Positions 12,561 through 24,966 of a stretch of 64,000 bases of DNA are shown here, piece by piece; position 1 is the first letter of the stretch; every line of letters starts with the position of its first letter. Below the pieces are notes generated by a model. It worked only from the letters and a program-made list of their open reading frames with translations. It was not told the origin of the DNA and searched no databases. This stretch comes from Epiperipatus broadwayi (taxonomy: Eukaryota > Animalia > Onychophora). Location of the stretch: NCBI GenBank assembly GCA_028023455.1, contig JAQFVV010000005.1:13516001-13580000 (forward strand). Direction: 5' to 3'. Made by a program: the position numbers and the translations under genes.

Positions 12561-13990
12561 TGAACCGCAGTTCAGCAAAATAAAAATTGTATATATGATG
12601 GCAGAAGAATCAAACTCTATCAAAAGAACTTTTTGCTACAAAGACTTATGTGCTCTTATAAACCCGATTAAAAAGGAAAGGAAAAAGAAGAAAGGGAAAC
12701 TTGGATCTTGGAGGACACTTGCTAAAGAACTTTATATAAGTATTTTTTTTTTTCACTCTTTATGTATGTAGAATATTTAATATATTGTGATGATCGCACA
12801 TACTGCGGTCACACATATAGATATTTAGCATTTAAAGAATGTTAAATATTGTGCTTGGGTTATAAAAAAAAGTGAGTTTAAAAAAAAAATTACAAAACAA
12901 AGAAATGTTTAAGTAAAAAAAGAGAGGGAATTAGAATCAAAACGATTCTTATCTTTTACCCTTCAAAGTTCAGATTTTAGAAAGAATAGAAAGGTTAAGG
13001 TTAAAGATATCGATATCATGTGTTTAGTGTAAGATTAAAAAAAATGAGAATGGAAATATAAATAAAATAGAAACTTAATAATGTAAAAGAAAGCGGTAGT
13101 TGGGGAGTTTAATAAAATATAAGTAAAATTTAGAATGCAACGAAAGATAAAGATCTGTTCTTAAAACTACACATTTTACGAAAAATGAAATGCATATGTG
13201 AAGCTATGAATAAAGAGAGTACGGTTTATTTCATGTCAAAATGAAATAATTTTATTAAAAAAAATGATTGAGAAATAAATGTAAAATATTGTATTATAAA
13301 ATTGTATCAAATTGAAAGTAATTTTGTATAAGTTGCTGAAAGCATGTTAAAGTAAAAAGGTGTGAAGTAAAAATACAGTGGGAGATCAAGATAAGGAAGG
13401 AATTTGAAAAATAAAGGACATTAATTAATTAATTGAAAAACAGTATTGGTCGAGACTTCAGTGAGGACACTGCTCTGATAAGAAGCAGAGAAATATAATA
13501 GAAAGCAGACATGAAAAGTTAAATTTTGGGAACATGAAAACAAACTATAACATAAGGGAAGCTTCGAGGATGTGTGGCTAAGGGCCAGTCGCGATCGCCG
13601 GTCGATCCAGACTTCCGTGCTATAATGGTTCGCGTCTTGATGTAACAACTGCCGACGTAGCGCCTGCCGAAGGGTTCGTTTGCCTTGCCTTGATGCCCAC
13701 AATACGGATGAGTCCCAACAATCAAAACTAACGAGAGCGACCGTTCCCTGCTAAAAAAGTGGGAAAATTCCACGGGACGGTCAGCAAGACGCCAAGTTTA
13801 TTCGAAGACTTTATTACCTAGGTAATTATGAATAAGACATTTTATATAATTATGTGCACATACCTTTAAATTTAATGCAATTGCCAATCCCACATATAAT
13901 GAGATAGACATTAATTAGACTCTTTGAATATTTGAAATGACTATAAAGAGATAAGTTATTTCCACAGATTGCAATCATTTATAGAATCTC

Positions 13991-14080
13991 CTATTGTATT
14001 TATTTATTTTTTGGTAGTATTATAGCATAATCTGTCTATTGTATTTATTTATTTTTTGGTAGTATTATAGCATAATCTGT
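13991..14080 (+). repeat. 45-bp perfect tandem duplication
   Basis: CTATTGTATTTATTTATTTTTTGGTAGTATTATAGCATAATCTGT twice. Confidence 0.92.
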
Positions 14081-15209
14081 TTTTTTTTTAATATCGAGTG
14101 TTAATAATTTAGAGTGTTTCTTTTATTATAATTTATTGTATTAAATATCTTTTATTTATGTAAAATCCGTTTCGTCTCTTTCTTCGCCACTTCCAAAAAA
14201 TAATATAACCTTAGGGTTGGGAAATAATTATTATGCATTTGAGTACTTAATTAACACGTGAAGCTAGTGGTGCAGTATTTGATCCCATTAAATTTATAAT
14301 TATCCAAGTGCTGTAACTCTGTTAAATCTTAAAGCAGTCGGGAGAAAGTTGACCGGGAAATATAACTTGGGGCTATACCCATATAGCATACAAGTTCGGT
14401 CAAGTACGGATATAGACTCGTTTATGTCCGCATTTTCTCTCTGCTTGCGGTAGCGGAAAGTGGGCAATCTTGAATTATAAGAATTCCCCATTATATATAA
14501 ATAAAAGGGAAGTTTAAGCTTTCGATCGCCTTGTTTCCATTTCAATATATATAAAAAAAGAATTTCTTTCTTTGTAGTGTATCATGTATATCATCTATTT
14601 TAAAATTAATTCATGTTATAATTACCATTGTATTATTTTGGGGGTAGAGATTGATATCAGATGATTTTATATATGTTTATTTAAATGCTTTTGCTATTAT
14701 TATTTTGGGGGTAGATGAAATTTATATCATGTCGTTCTGATATGCCTTATTTAAAGTGCTTTACAAACAATTTTTTTTAAAAAAAAAACACACTTAAGAG
14801 ATATTATTATTGGCATCAGAAGTTATTGTCAAATGCTTAGGCTTATAAGTAAATTGCTTGTCTATTGAGTTACAACATCCTCATTTTCTTATAAAAGTGC
14901 ATGGAAATAGTTTTGAGAATTTTATACTCATTTCTTATTGTTTATTATTATTGTTATCATAGATTTAAGGCCAGAAACAAGCTGATTTATGCTTGGAAAA
15001 TTTATGGGCTCATGTTCCAGTGCACTAGATGAAAGTTTTACTTGTATAATTTGATATTTCGACCTGTATGTGTGTGGATAGACAAAGATCTCCACAAAGC
15101 CAGTGAAGTCTAGCTTACTAAGATTTATGCTATATTCATAAAGTATTTGAACCCAGTGGAAGAGTTTTCCCAATTGAGTATTCTCTACACTGAATGGCCA
15201 GAGGTGATT

Positions 15210-15251
15210 GGTATACCTATGTTTTTGTATGGTATACCTATGTTTTTGTAT
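15210..15251 (+). repeat. 21-bp perfect tandem duplication
   Basis: GGTATACCTATGTTTTTGTAT twice. Confidence 0.92.
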
Positions 15252-17205
15252 GACTAGCGAAAAAATCCTAGCATATCTCAACCTTAGTGAAAAGGTTCTC
15301 TCTTATTCGGGTCAATGCCTGCCTCATGTTAATGTTTGATATTCCTTACGTGTGTATGAGAGATAGCCATGATAAGCATTATTATAATTGTAGGATACTA
15401 GGTCGCAAACTCAATTTAATGACAGAATGAATGCAGATAATGTATATGTGATTGGTGTATGTGAATATTGTTTTGTAGATTTAATTTATCATTCGAGCCA
15501 AAAATAATAAAGTTGATAAATGTGAAATTAAGGGTTAAATAAAACTTACGAATGTTTAAGTGTAAGCGTAAGCAATGAGTATATAAATTTATTTAATAAA
15601 TATTTACATCGCCAGCTGAGAACTTCGCTGGAAAGGTAATATTGTTAAAATATTATCTCATAAGAACATAAGCATAGAGTGTATGCACTATGATGATGAG
15701 TGATATAGATGCCGATTTATTTGCAATGACTTAATCTCACTATTTTTAAGATATCTCTGTTGTAAAGATTGGGGCAAAAGAATGTTTGATCAGGATGATA
15801 GGATAAGATCAAGAAATTTGCGAGGGAATATTAATTTTAGATTTGTTAAATAAAATTATTAAATTTAATTAGGGGAGAAATTAGTTCTAAAACAAATCAG
15901 TAATAAAAGGGAAAGCATTGAAAATGGGAAGAAATTGGTATTCATTAGATTTAAGATAAAATGAAAGCGTAAATATAATGTATATGTTTATGTATGAAAT
16001 TGTAGTTTGTCAAATAAGATTTGTTATTTGTTTTAAATAAAATTTGTGTATATCTCAATGTTTTGTAGGTTATTATTATCTAGATATTTCCAATCCAATC
16101 ATACCTCAATATATTATTATTAATATTTGAATTATCATGTATGCAACTAATATTCAGTAAGATTATTTAAAAGATTAATTTCAGATACTTAAAATTACCA
16201 AATAATTTAATATTATTGAAGTATAAACTGTGAATAGAGATAGTTATTGAGTGATAGCGAGTGCAGTGGGGTGGGCATAAAATCCTTTCCCCATTCGTTG
16301 TATTCAAACCTCTCTCTAGACACACTTCTTTATAATTTTGTTATAATAGTGAATAGGTTTATAATGTATTACTAAAAGATTTTAATAAGCTTAAAATATT
16401 CGAGCTTTAACTCTTTCAGCTCTTTGAGCGCTGCGAGCGCGCATCAGGTGACGTTCAGATGATGTTTTGTTTTCTTTCTATACTGACGTAAAGGTTTAAA
16501 TGTGATGTAGATGAAAATATGATTGTTAGAAAGCTTCATGACGTAGCTTTCAGAAAATGTTTATTTCAAAAAAATCGGTTAAAATTTAAATTTTTGGCAG
16601 CAGTTTTAATCAACCACAGTATTTAATTCTTTTGTATTTTTTAATAATTTTTGTACTTATCATGGAGCGATAAAAGACAAAAATAATTTACGGGACTACA
16701 GATGACATATCTCCGGTACTATTAAAAAATGGCTGACAGAAGCGGTTGAATGTAATTTTGTAAGTAACATTTAAAAATTTTTTTTTAAATTTTTTTTTAG
16801 TAAAAGCATAATATATTTTTATATAAATTATAATTTTTATTAATTATTTTTAGTTTGTAATTTGTGTGTGTTAGTTATTTACGTTTGTATATAATTAATA
16901 TCTAACGTAACTTTTAACGTTCTACACTTATAAAAATAATGTTTTTCAAAAAGTATAATTTATTACAAAAATCATTAATTATGTTTATATATATATAATA
17001 TGGTTTATAAGTAATTTGTTATAATTCCGATTCTTGTTTACGTTTTTCAAGTCTATAGCTAACAAATGATCTGTATGCAAATAAATTGCTTTCGTTTTGG
17101 TATATGTTTCATAACATTATTTTCAAGTCAATAGCTAACAAATACACTATATGCAAATAAATTATATCTATGTAGTACAATAAATATAATAAGATAGCAT
17201 TACTT

Positions 17206-17310
17206 CTGTGCATAAATAATATAAGAATCACTTGTGTGCATAAAGAATATAAACATAACTGGTGTCCATAAAGAATATAAACATCACCGATGTTCACAAA
17301 AAATATAAAA
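17206..17310 (+). repeat. About 28-bp degenerate tandem repeat, about 4 units
   Basis: Recurring TGT(G/C)CATAAA(G/T)AATATAA core. Confidence 0.7.
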
Positions 17311-19029
17311 TGAAGAGATGAAACTCATTTTATCATAGTGATATAGACAGTAGCCTACAATTTCTAGTTTTAGATAGACAAGAAGCCAATTGCTATGATG
17401 ATTCCTTTTGTATCTTTTATTAGGATGAATCTTTTTCTTTATAAATGCCTTTGACATTTAGAACATTTGGGGTACAAGATAAAAATGAAGAAGTCATATC
17501 CGACTTCTTTTGGAGATTGTGAAGCTGTGGATTATCACAGGTAAGACATGTTTAGAAAGATAGTTTTGTGAGGAATGCAAAGAAATTATCACTGAAGATG
17601 TATTTTCAATTTTAGTTAATGTTACTTATCATATTATGAACAAACAATAAAATAATAAGTATTTCGGATGTGAAAATTTCTTTTTTCCTTATTTTTTATA
17701 TAGTTATCACTATTTATTGTTTTCCTTAATGTTTCTAGTTTATAGCAATGTAATTGTTTTTGCTCTAACATAATTAAAACAGAAGTTATTGTGAAAATTG
17801 TGTGTCAGGCCAGTATTTTAAAAAGTTCAATATGGCGGCTTGAAGCTGAATCAGTTTAATGTAAATAAATATTAAACTGCATTAAAGATAACCGAGATCA
17901 TCTTGGAGGCGATCAAGAGAGGAGTGTTTATCACCAATAATCTATCGCAGCTTATTCGATTTCCACACCTAATTATTCGAAAAAACCCTGAGAAGAGATT
18001 ATAATGAGAGAAAGGAGCTAGCAAAAATATAAAATTTAATAATAAGATAAATAATAGTGTAATAGACATATGGATGTGAAGTTGTTGGAGGGGTGGATCA
18101 GGAAGGTGGAGATAAATATAGAACTTCATAATTAGAATAAAATTTAATTGTAGCTTTAATGATAGTGAATGCGCTGAGAATAACCTGGGATTCTTAAAGA
18201 TATTAATATTGCCAATTTTAATGCGTTCTCAGTGTTCTTTAAATCGATTATATATTAACCCATTCATGAAATATTATTACTAAGAGTATTGAATTGAGAA
18301 TTAACCTTTGTATTTTATGAAAGTTGCAATTTGGCGCTCTGGCAATTAAAATTATAGATGTTCTGTACCATCATAATCATCCCAGTTGGCTTAAGAAATA
18401 GTGTTAGTTGGGAATGATGAAGCATCAATCGAACCCTCCTTAAAATGGTATAATTGGCATGCAATTTAGCTGCAAGTGTTGAAATGCCATATAGATTTGA
18501 AATATAGTACAATCAATCCATAACGTGGATGTGCGACCATTTGAATAGAAATTCTCATTGGTTAGAATAAAGTTATAATTAGCTTAAACTATCCAATATG
18601 TGATATTTGTAGACTCTCCCAATCGTTTAATTCTATTTGAAATACAATGTGGATGACCGATCGAGAGATTGCAAAATGCGTTTCATGTTAATTTAATAAG
18701 TTTTTATAAAGTTAACAAAATAAAGAATAACTTTTCATTTGTTAGAATTGATTTTTATTTATTTACAATTGGCTTGTAACGCGGTCGCACGAAGGAGATT
18801 ATATTAATGTATACGTATGAAATATATTTATTTAATCTATACTTATTGTACTAAAATATATTTAATCTATACATCGCATATTTAATTGATACTTAATTCA
18901 AAGTCATCTTTCATAAATTAATCCTTAAGAAAATATTCATCTTTCAAAAACCAATATTAAGAAAAATATAATTTCGTTAGAAATCTCAATATTTAAGATA
19001 TTCGTCTAGTAAGATTAATTCCAAACGTT

Positions 19030-19855
19030 AGAATATAAATGGGCAGGTATGAATGCTTTCCTATTCAGAAACCACCAGTTATGTAAATACATAGCGGATA
19101 GGAAAAACAATATAGAGATATATAAAGGAAATGACTAACATAGGCTTTAAACCTAATACAATCAATCAAAGAATAAAAAATTTTTATAGAAAACTAAGAA
19201 ATAAATTGCCTAAAGACAATATGAAATACCCAACAATTCCGTTCATACCTAATGTAACACCAAATATTGCAAAAACATTGCCTAACAATTTTAAATTTAG
19301 CTTCAGAACATCTCCCAATACTAACCGACTGATAAATAATTCTAAAGATAAAACAGAAAAAGATCAAGCCCCTCATGTGATCTATAAAATGGCATGCCCT
19401 GAATTAGGCTGCCATGCATCATACTATGGTGAAACTCGTGCTAACCTGAACACAAGAATTTACCAACATAGGTATGTCTACAATAGGGTTAAAAATAAAA
19501 ATGAAGGATCTTCAGTATTCTGGGACAACCAAGCAGATACAGGCCATGTACTTGAACCTAGTTCTGCCCAAATAATTTGTACAGAAAAAATGACGCCAAA
19601 AGAAAAGTTAAGGAAGCTTTATATATAGCAAATAACATCAATGCCATTAATAGAAGAGAGGCATGTTTTGCTCTCTCTAAACAATGGACTAATTAAAAAT
19701 TCAAACACATTGGCATTAATCATAACAATCTTTATTTACAAAGCTATGAGTACGAGATTCGAACATGAAATCTCGAAAGCGCTAAGCAAATCTATTATAT
19801 ATTAGTGTAAAATTATAGTTTCACTATTTAATGAGAAAAAAAAAGTCGCATATTT
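19030..19855 (+). mobile_element. Penelope-like element A, 3' half (RT thumb, GIY-YIG endonuclease, 3' tail)
   Basis: Resumes at YKWAGMNAFLFRN, the residues that follow KTP in element D (KSKTPRAHKLAGLSAFLFRN). GIY-YIG: HVIYKMACPELGCHASYYGETR. Confidence 0.88.
19743..19787 (+). ncRNA. Minimal type I hammerhead ribozyme, A3-U8 core variant (PLE-A)
   Basis: GCT-ATGAGTA-C-GAGATT..AATCTC-GAAA-GCGC-TA/AGC, with palindromic stem III AGCGCT. Confidence 0.7.
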
Positions 19856-19989
19856 ATAATAAATAAAGTTAAATTTTTCTAAAGACATTCAATACACATA
19901 TTAGATTATGGAAATAATCGTATATAAAAATACAACTAGAACACCATCATCATAAACCTTCAGGAAAACATAACAGCTTCTAGTTTTTT

Positions 19990-20798
19990 TTTTTAAGTAA
20001 AATAACTTTATTAACAGAAAAAATTAAATAAAAAAAAACAAATATTTACATATTAACAAAAAATATTTTTTTCTTTCTTACAAGATAACTAACAAACATT
20101 TTTTTAATAATAAACACTATTCCATATTTTACATATAGTAGGGAAAAATCCACCCCATATTCTTTCAACTTGTTTTTTTCCAATGAACATCACATGACCA
20201 CCCTCTTATGCTTGTGTATAACTATTGTTAAAACAGGCAAAACTCACTATATATATTGCCACACACAGCAAGCTAGAGTAATCAATGGATGCCAGAAGGC
20301 TTGTGCATAAAACCCCCATCTAGTGCCTACTCATCCAATATCCCCCAACTAGTTTCTGGCTTATGGCCTTCATCAGTGAGGAGCCTTGGATCTGAGAGCA
20401 CTGCACTAGATTTTAGGATTTAATGCAATCCTCCAGCAGCCACTTTATATTTCCATTTAACTACAAAACTATGAGTCTTAAACTGAAAACACCTTAATGT
20501 TTTCAATCCCAAGCCCATTAGCTTATATAGTCATATGGGTCTGAACCCAGTTCAGTACCCATACATTTTGGTGTCTTTGGTTCTTTAATAACCATAGCCA
20601 CCACTGAAGGCCAGAAACTAGTCTGGGGATATTGGATGAGTAGGCACTAGATGGGGATTTTATGCATAAGCCTTCTGGCATCCATTGATTACTCTAGCTT
20701 GCTGTGTGTGGCAATATATATAGTGAGTTTTGCCTGTTTTAATTTGTTTTTTTTTGGCAGATATTTTATACATTGATAATAGTATTTATCCTAATCAT
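19990..20798 (-). mobile_element. 5'-truncated L1-like 3' fragment with an internal inverted duplication
   Basis: Poly(T) at 19984-19994 with TTTATT 13 nt inside. Candidate 13-bp TSD CTTCTAGTTTTTT at 19977-19989 and 20799-20811, at a TT/AAAA site on the minus strand. Near-perfect inverted repeat 20229-20360 versus 20606-20741. Confidence 0.6.
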
Positions 20799-20847
20799 CT
20801 TCTAGTTTTTTAATCCCATTATTTCTTGTTATTGAAAATTAATGAAC

Positions 20848-21047
20848 ATCTTATAGCCCACATTGCTAAATGCAGAAAACTTTTTAGTGACAGGGAATAT
20901 GTGAAGGATACATGGTTGAAATGCGCATCTGTTCTCTTTGAAGACTTTGAAAACAAGGAAAAGATTATTCAGAGAATAAAGGATTTGCTTTTGGCTAGGA
21001 ACACGGTAAAAGACAGAATTCTGGATATGGCTAAAAATATAACTTAT
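20848..21047 (+). mobile_element. hAT transposase, middle segment
   Basis: LIAHIAKCRKLFSDREYVKD...LARNTVKDRILDMAKNITY, which joins QQKTDINS at 24967. Confidence 0.85.
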
Positions 21048-21644
21048 TAATAGTTATAAAAATAGTTAATAGAGGAAGCTGTAGGATAGAATACGAAAGA
21101 GAGGTTAAAAAGGAAGTTGAATTACTAGAGTAAAATGGAGGATAGAGACAGTTGAAAGAATAGATTAAGCTATGAAAATTTTATATGGAATAATTAAGAA
21201 GGTAAAATGAATGGAAATAAGTATTTAGTTAGAATAAAAAATAATGTAAGATTATATAGATAGTGATTAAATTTTTTTTTTGGAGTAGCGTAATTAATAT
21301 TATTTTATAATGTAAATATTATATGTATTAAAGTTATATGTATAGGTATGTGTTATAAAGAAAGAGGATAAAAGATTTTAAAAGAAATATAAAATAGTAT
21401 GGTTAATATGTTAATGATATTATATGAATTGAAAAGGTTAGAAAATACTTTTAAAAAATTTAAAAGTTTGACAGGAATTTAATAATTTTATATAAAATAA
21501 TGTATTTTAATGGTTGTATTTTTATGTGTATTCAAATTTTGTAGATCTGATGAAGACTGCATGGTATAGTCGAAACTGTAATCAATATTAAAAGTTTTTT
21601 TGCTGAAAAGTGAAATGTAGAAGATTTTTGAAATTCAATATTAT
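21048..21644 (+). repeat. 5' pseudo-LTR of PLE-B
   Basis: Co-linear, high identity to 24377-24966. Confidence 0.92.
21544..21583 (+). ncRNA. Minimal hammerhead ribozyme, canonical C3-G8 core (PLE-B 5' pLTR)
   Basis: GAT-CTGATGA-A-GACT..AGTC-GAAA-CTG-TA/ATC. Confidence 0.75.
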
Positions 21645-21727
21645 ATATGAAGACAACAAAAACAGGAGGAAGAAAAGAATTTAGAAAGACTATATAATAT
21701 ACTATATATGATTATCACAAGGAAAAT

Positions 21728-24303
21728 ATGGCAGAACAGGATTTGAATATAATGGATAATATGACCAGTATAATGAAAGTGAATAATAAAATGTTTGTGA
21801 ACTATATTAAGATAATGGAAGGAGAAGAAGTTTCTAAGATTATAAATAAAAGTTGGAGATTGTTGATAAGATTGAATAATGTTAAAAATAATATTTGTTT
21901 TATGAAATATTGTATAAGTAATAATGTTATACCAAATTTTGTAAAAATGAAGAAGTTGAGAAATAGTATGAAGAACAAATGTAATATGATAAGGAGTATG
22001 GAGGAAAGGGTGTTAAAAGAATATATAAGGAATGGATATAGAAATAAAAAAAGGATATGTAAAGAGATTATGGAATTAAAAAGAAGTTGGTTAATAGAAT
22101 TACTAATAAAGAAGAAAAGATTTTTGAGAATTTGTATAAGAAAAAAAAAGAATTTATTAATGATAAGACCAGAATAAGACATCAAACAAAAACAGGTAAA
22201 TTAATGGAAGGAAGAAGAAGTAAGGATGAAGAACAGAAGAAAGAAAAAAAAAAAGAAGGAAGTAATATATGTAATTTAACATCAATACAATTAAAAGAAG
22301 AAGAATTAGAAGTAATACATAAAGGATTAAAATTTGTGCCATATGGGAATAGTAATGATAAAAAAGATATACTGGAGGTACAGGTGGTAATGGAAAAAAT
22401 AGTGCAAAAGTATTTGGAGGAGAAATATAGAATATATTATTACGAAAATAAAGATATATATAATATTATAAGCAGGGATGATAAAAGATGGATTGAAAGG
22501 TTGAGAGAAGAGGTGAATAGTATGATATATAAAATGAAAAATAAAAAGGCTAATAATTTTAGGGATAAAGAAAGGATTAGAATAGAAGAAGTTAGAAATA
22601 TAAAAAAAAAGTATGGAGGGGATATTATTTTTATAAAGTCAGATAAGGGTAGCAAGTTAGTAATGATGGAAAAAAGAGAATATGTTAGGAAGATGGAGAG
22701 AATGTTAGAAGAAGCGTTTTTTATAAAGATAAGAAAAGATGATACTAAGATTATTAATAAAAAAATTTATGAGATGGTTAAAAGGCTATATAATAAAGGA
22801 ATAATTGATAGAAGGGTATTGGGAATAAATAGTAAGTAAAGAATGTGAAGTAGCAAAGATTTATGGGGAACCAAAGATTCATGAAGAAGGAATACCTTTA
22901 AGGCCAGTGATTAATGGAAAAGGGGCATATTATGATAAAGTATCAAAGTGGTTAGGGAATATTTTTAAGAAATATGTGAATAAAAATAGTCAGACATATA
23001 TTAAGAATAATAAGGAATTGGTTAAAGAGATTAAAAGAAAAGCAAAGGAGTATAGTAATTATAAATTAACATTGATAAAAATAGATGTAGTTTCAATGTA
23101 TATGAATATTAATGTAGAAAAGGCAATTAGAATAGCAATAAATAAGTATAATAATGATAAGGAAAAGGAGATAGAGATACCTATAGATAAGTTAAAGAAT
23201 TTAATGGAGATGTGCTGTAAAAATGTGACATTTGAGTTTAATGGAGGATTTTATAAGCAAAAGGAAGGGTTATTGATAGGAGGTGCATTGAGTGGGGTTT
23301 TGAGTGATATGTATATGCAGGAGATGGAGGAAGTAATGATAGAGGATGAAAATGCACCGGTAATGATTAAGAGATATGTTGATGATTATTTATTAATATT
23401 TAATAAAAGTGAATGGCAAATTAAAAAATATATAGATAAAATTAACAAGGTGGATGAAAAGTTAAAATTTATAGTAGAATGGGAAAAGGAGAATAAATTA
23501 GCATATTTAGATATATTAATAAGGAAAGAATATGTTAAGGGAAGATGTAAATTGGAGACAGAAGTGTATAGAAAAATAGGTAATAATAATATTGTGAATT
23601 GGAGGTCTAATATTGATAATAGGTATAAAATTAATTCTATAAATTCAAGAATGCATAGGGCTATTAGTTATTGTAGTAATAAAGAAGATTGATAAGGAAG
23701 TAGGGAGGATAATTGAAAATTTTAAGGATAGTGATTTTCCAGAAGAAGTGTTAAGAAAGAATAGAAGAGAAATTTAAAGAGGAAGAAAAAGAAGGTAGAG
23801 AAGTTGTAAGGAAGAAAGATAATAGAGAGAAGTATATAGGAATTAAAACTAATGATAATAGAGTAGTTAATGGGATAAATAGAATTATTAGAACAATTAA
23901 TAAAACTTTTAAGAATACTATAAGGTATAGAATAGTGAATAGAAAGAGAAAGAATGTGATGGACATATTAGATAATAAATATATTAATGAGGAGAGGAGA
24001 AATATTAATGGGGTGTATGAAATAGAATGTAAAATATGTAAAGATAAAAGAATTAGAAATAAGTATGTGGGCGAAACAAAAAATTCTATATATACTAGGT
24101 TGGTACAGCATAAATACGATAAAAGGTCACCAATATATATGCATATTATGGAAACAGGTCATAATATTGGGAAAGAGAGCATTAGAATGATTAGTTATAC
24201 AGATAAAATAAGGGATAGAAAAATAAAGGAAGCAATATTTATAAAGAAAATTAAACCAAATCTTAATAAAAATGGGGGAGGGGTAAAAACAATAATAGCA
24301 TAA
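21728..24303 (+). pseudogene. PLE-B RT/GIY-YIG polyprotein, frameshifted
   Basis: ORFs 21728..22177, 22087..22839, 22907..23692 and 23935..24303 carry successive PLE motifs (CISNNVIPNF, HKGLKF, KSDKG, YVDD, GIY-YIG). Confidence 0.9.
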
Positions 24304-24376
24304 AAGGAAATAATAGTATAAGAGAAAAAGAAAGTTTTTTTTTGTTTTTGGGTGTGATAAAAATAGTAAAAAATAT

Positions 24377-24966
24377 TAATAGTTATAAAAATAGTTAATA
24401 GAGGGAGCTGTAGGATAGAATATGAAAGAGAGGTTAAAAAGGAAGTTGAATTACTAGAGTAAAATGGAGGATAGAGACAGTTGAAAGAATAGATTAAGCT
24501 AAGAAAATTTTATATGGAATAATTAAGAAGGTAAAATGAATGGAAATAAGTATTTAGTTAGAATAAAAGATAAAGTAAGATTATATTGATAGTGATTAAA
24601 AAAAATTTTTGGTAGTGTAATTAAAATTATTTTATAATGTAAATACTATATGTATTAAAGTTATATGTATAGGTATGTGTTATAAAGAGGATAAAAAAGA
24701 TTTTAAAAGAATATAAAATAGGATGGTTAATATGTTAATGATATTATATGGATTGAAAAGGTTAGGAAATATTTTTAAAAAATTTAAGTTTGATAGGAAT
24801 TTAATAATTTTATATAAAATAATGTATTTTAATGGTTGTATTTTTATGTGTATTCAAATTTTGTAGATCTGATGAAGACTGCATGGTATAGTCAAAACTG
24901 TAATCAATATTAAAAGTTTTTTTGCTGAAAAGTGAAATGTAGAAGATTTTTGAAATTCAATATTAT
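24377..24966 (+). repeat. 3' pseudo-LTR of PLE-B
   Basis: Direct repeat of 21048-21644. Confidence 0.92.
24866..24905 (+). ncRNA. Hammerhead copy in the 3' pLTR, G12A mutant (probably inactive)
   Basis: Same as 21544-21583, but GTCAAAAC replaces GTCGAAAC. Confidence 0.7.

Larger units (their letters stand above)
21048..24966 (+). mobile_element. Penelope-like element B (pLTR-ORF-pLTR), inserted in the hAT transposase
   Basis: Direct repeats of about 590 bp (21048-21644 and 24377-24966). RT motifs IKIDVVSMY, GLLIGGALSG and RYVDD. GIY-YIG GVYEIECKIC...YVGETK. Removing the element rejoins the hAT reading frame. Confidence 0.93.

Noticed and set aside
13640-13782. Twister-like TAACAACTGCC and hammerhead-like CGGATGAGTCCC..GGGAC
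   Set aside because: The partner strands (P2', GAA/GGG) and the GAAA are missing. Kept only as an unexplained structured island.
14950-15210. Peptide KFYLYNLIFRPVCVW resembling a LINE RT C-terminus
   Set aside because: A single weak motif with stops, and it cannot be extended by eye.
15612-15640. CCAGCTGAGAACTTCGCTGGAAAG as a hammerhead
   Set aside because: Simple hairpin; core and stems do not fit the topology.
16407-16445. piggyBac-like left end TTAA|CTCTTTCAGC
   Set aside because: No matching right TIR and no recognisable transposase, so it is not supportable as a feature.
17206-17310. CRISPR-like periodicity (also 12471-12560)
   Set aside because: Contiguous degenerate units with no unique spacers, in a eukaryotic context with no cas genes.
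18985-19010. Helitron 3' end (CTAG at 19006) for the 8-kb block
   Set aside because: No GC-rich subterminal hairpin and no matching 5' TC at the PLE-A breakpoint.
21802-23966. Minus-strand ORFs over PLE-B, and similar short antisense ORFs over the LINEs
   Set aside because: Mirror frames produced by biased composition (F/L/I/S-rich), with no motifs.
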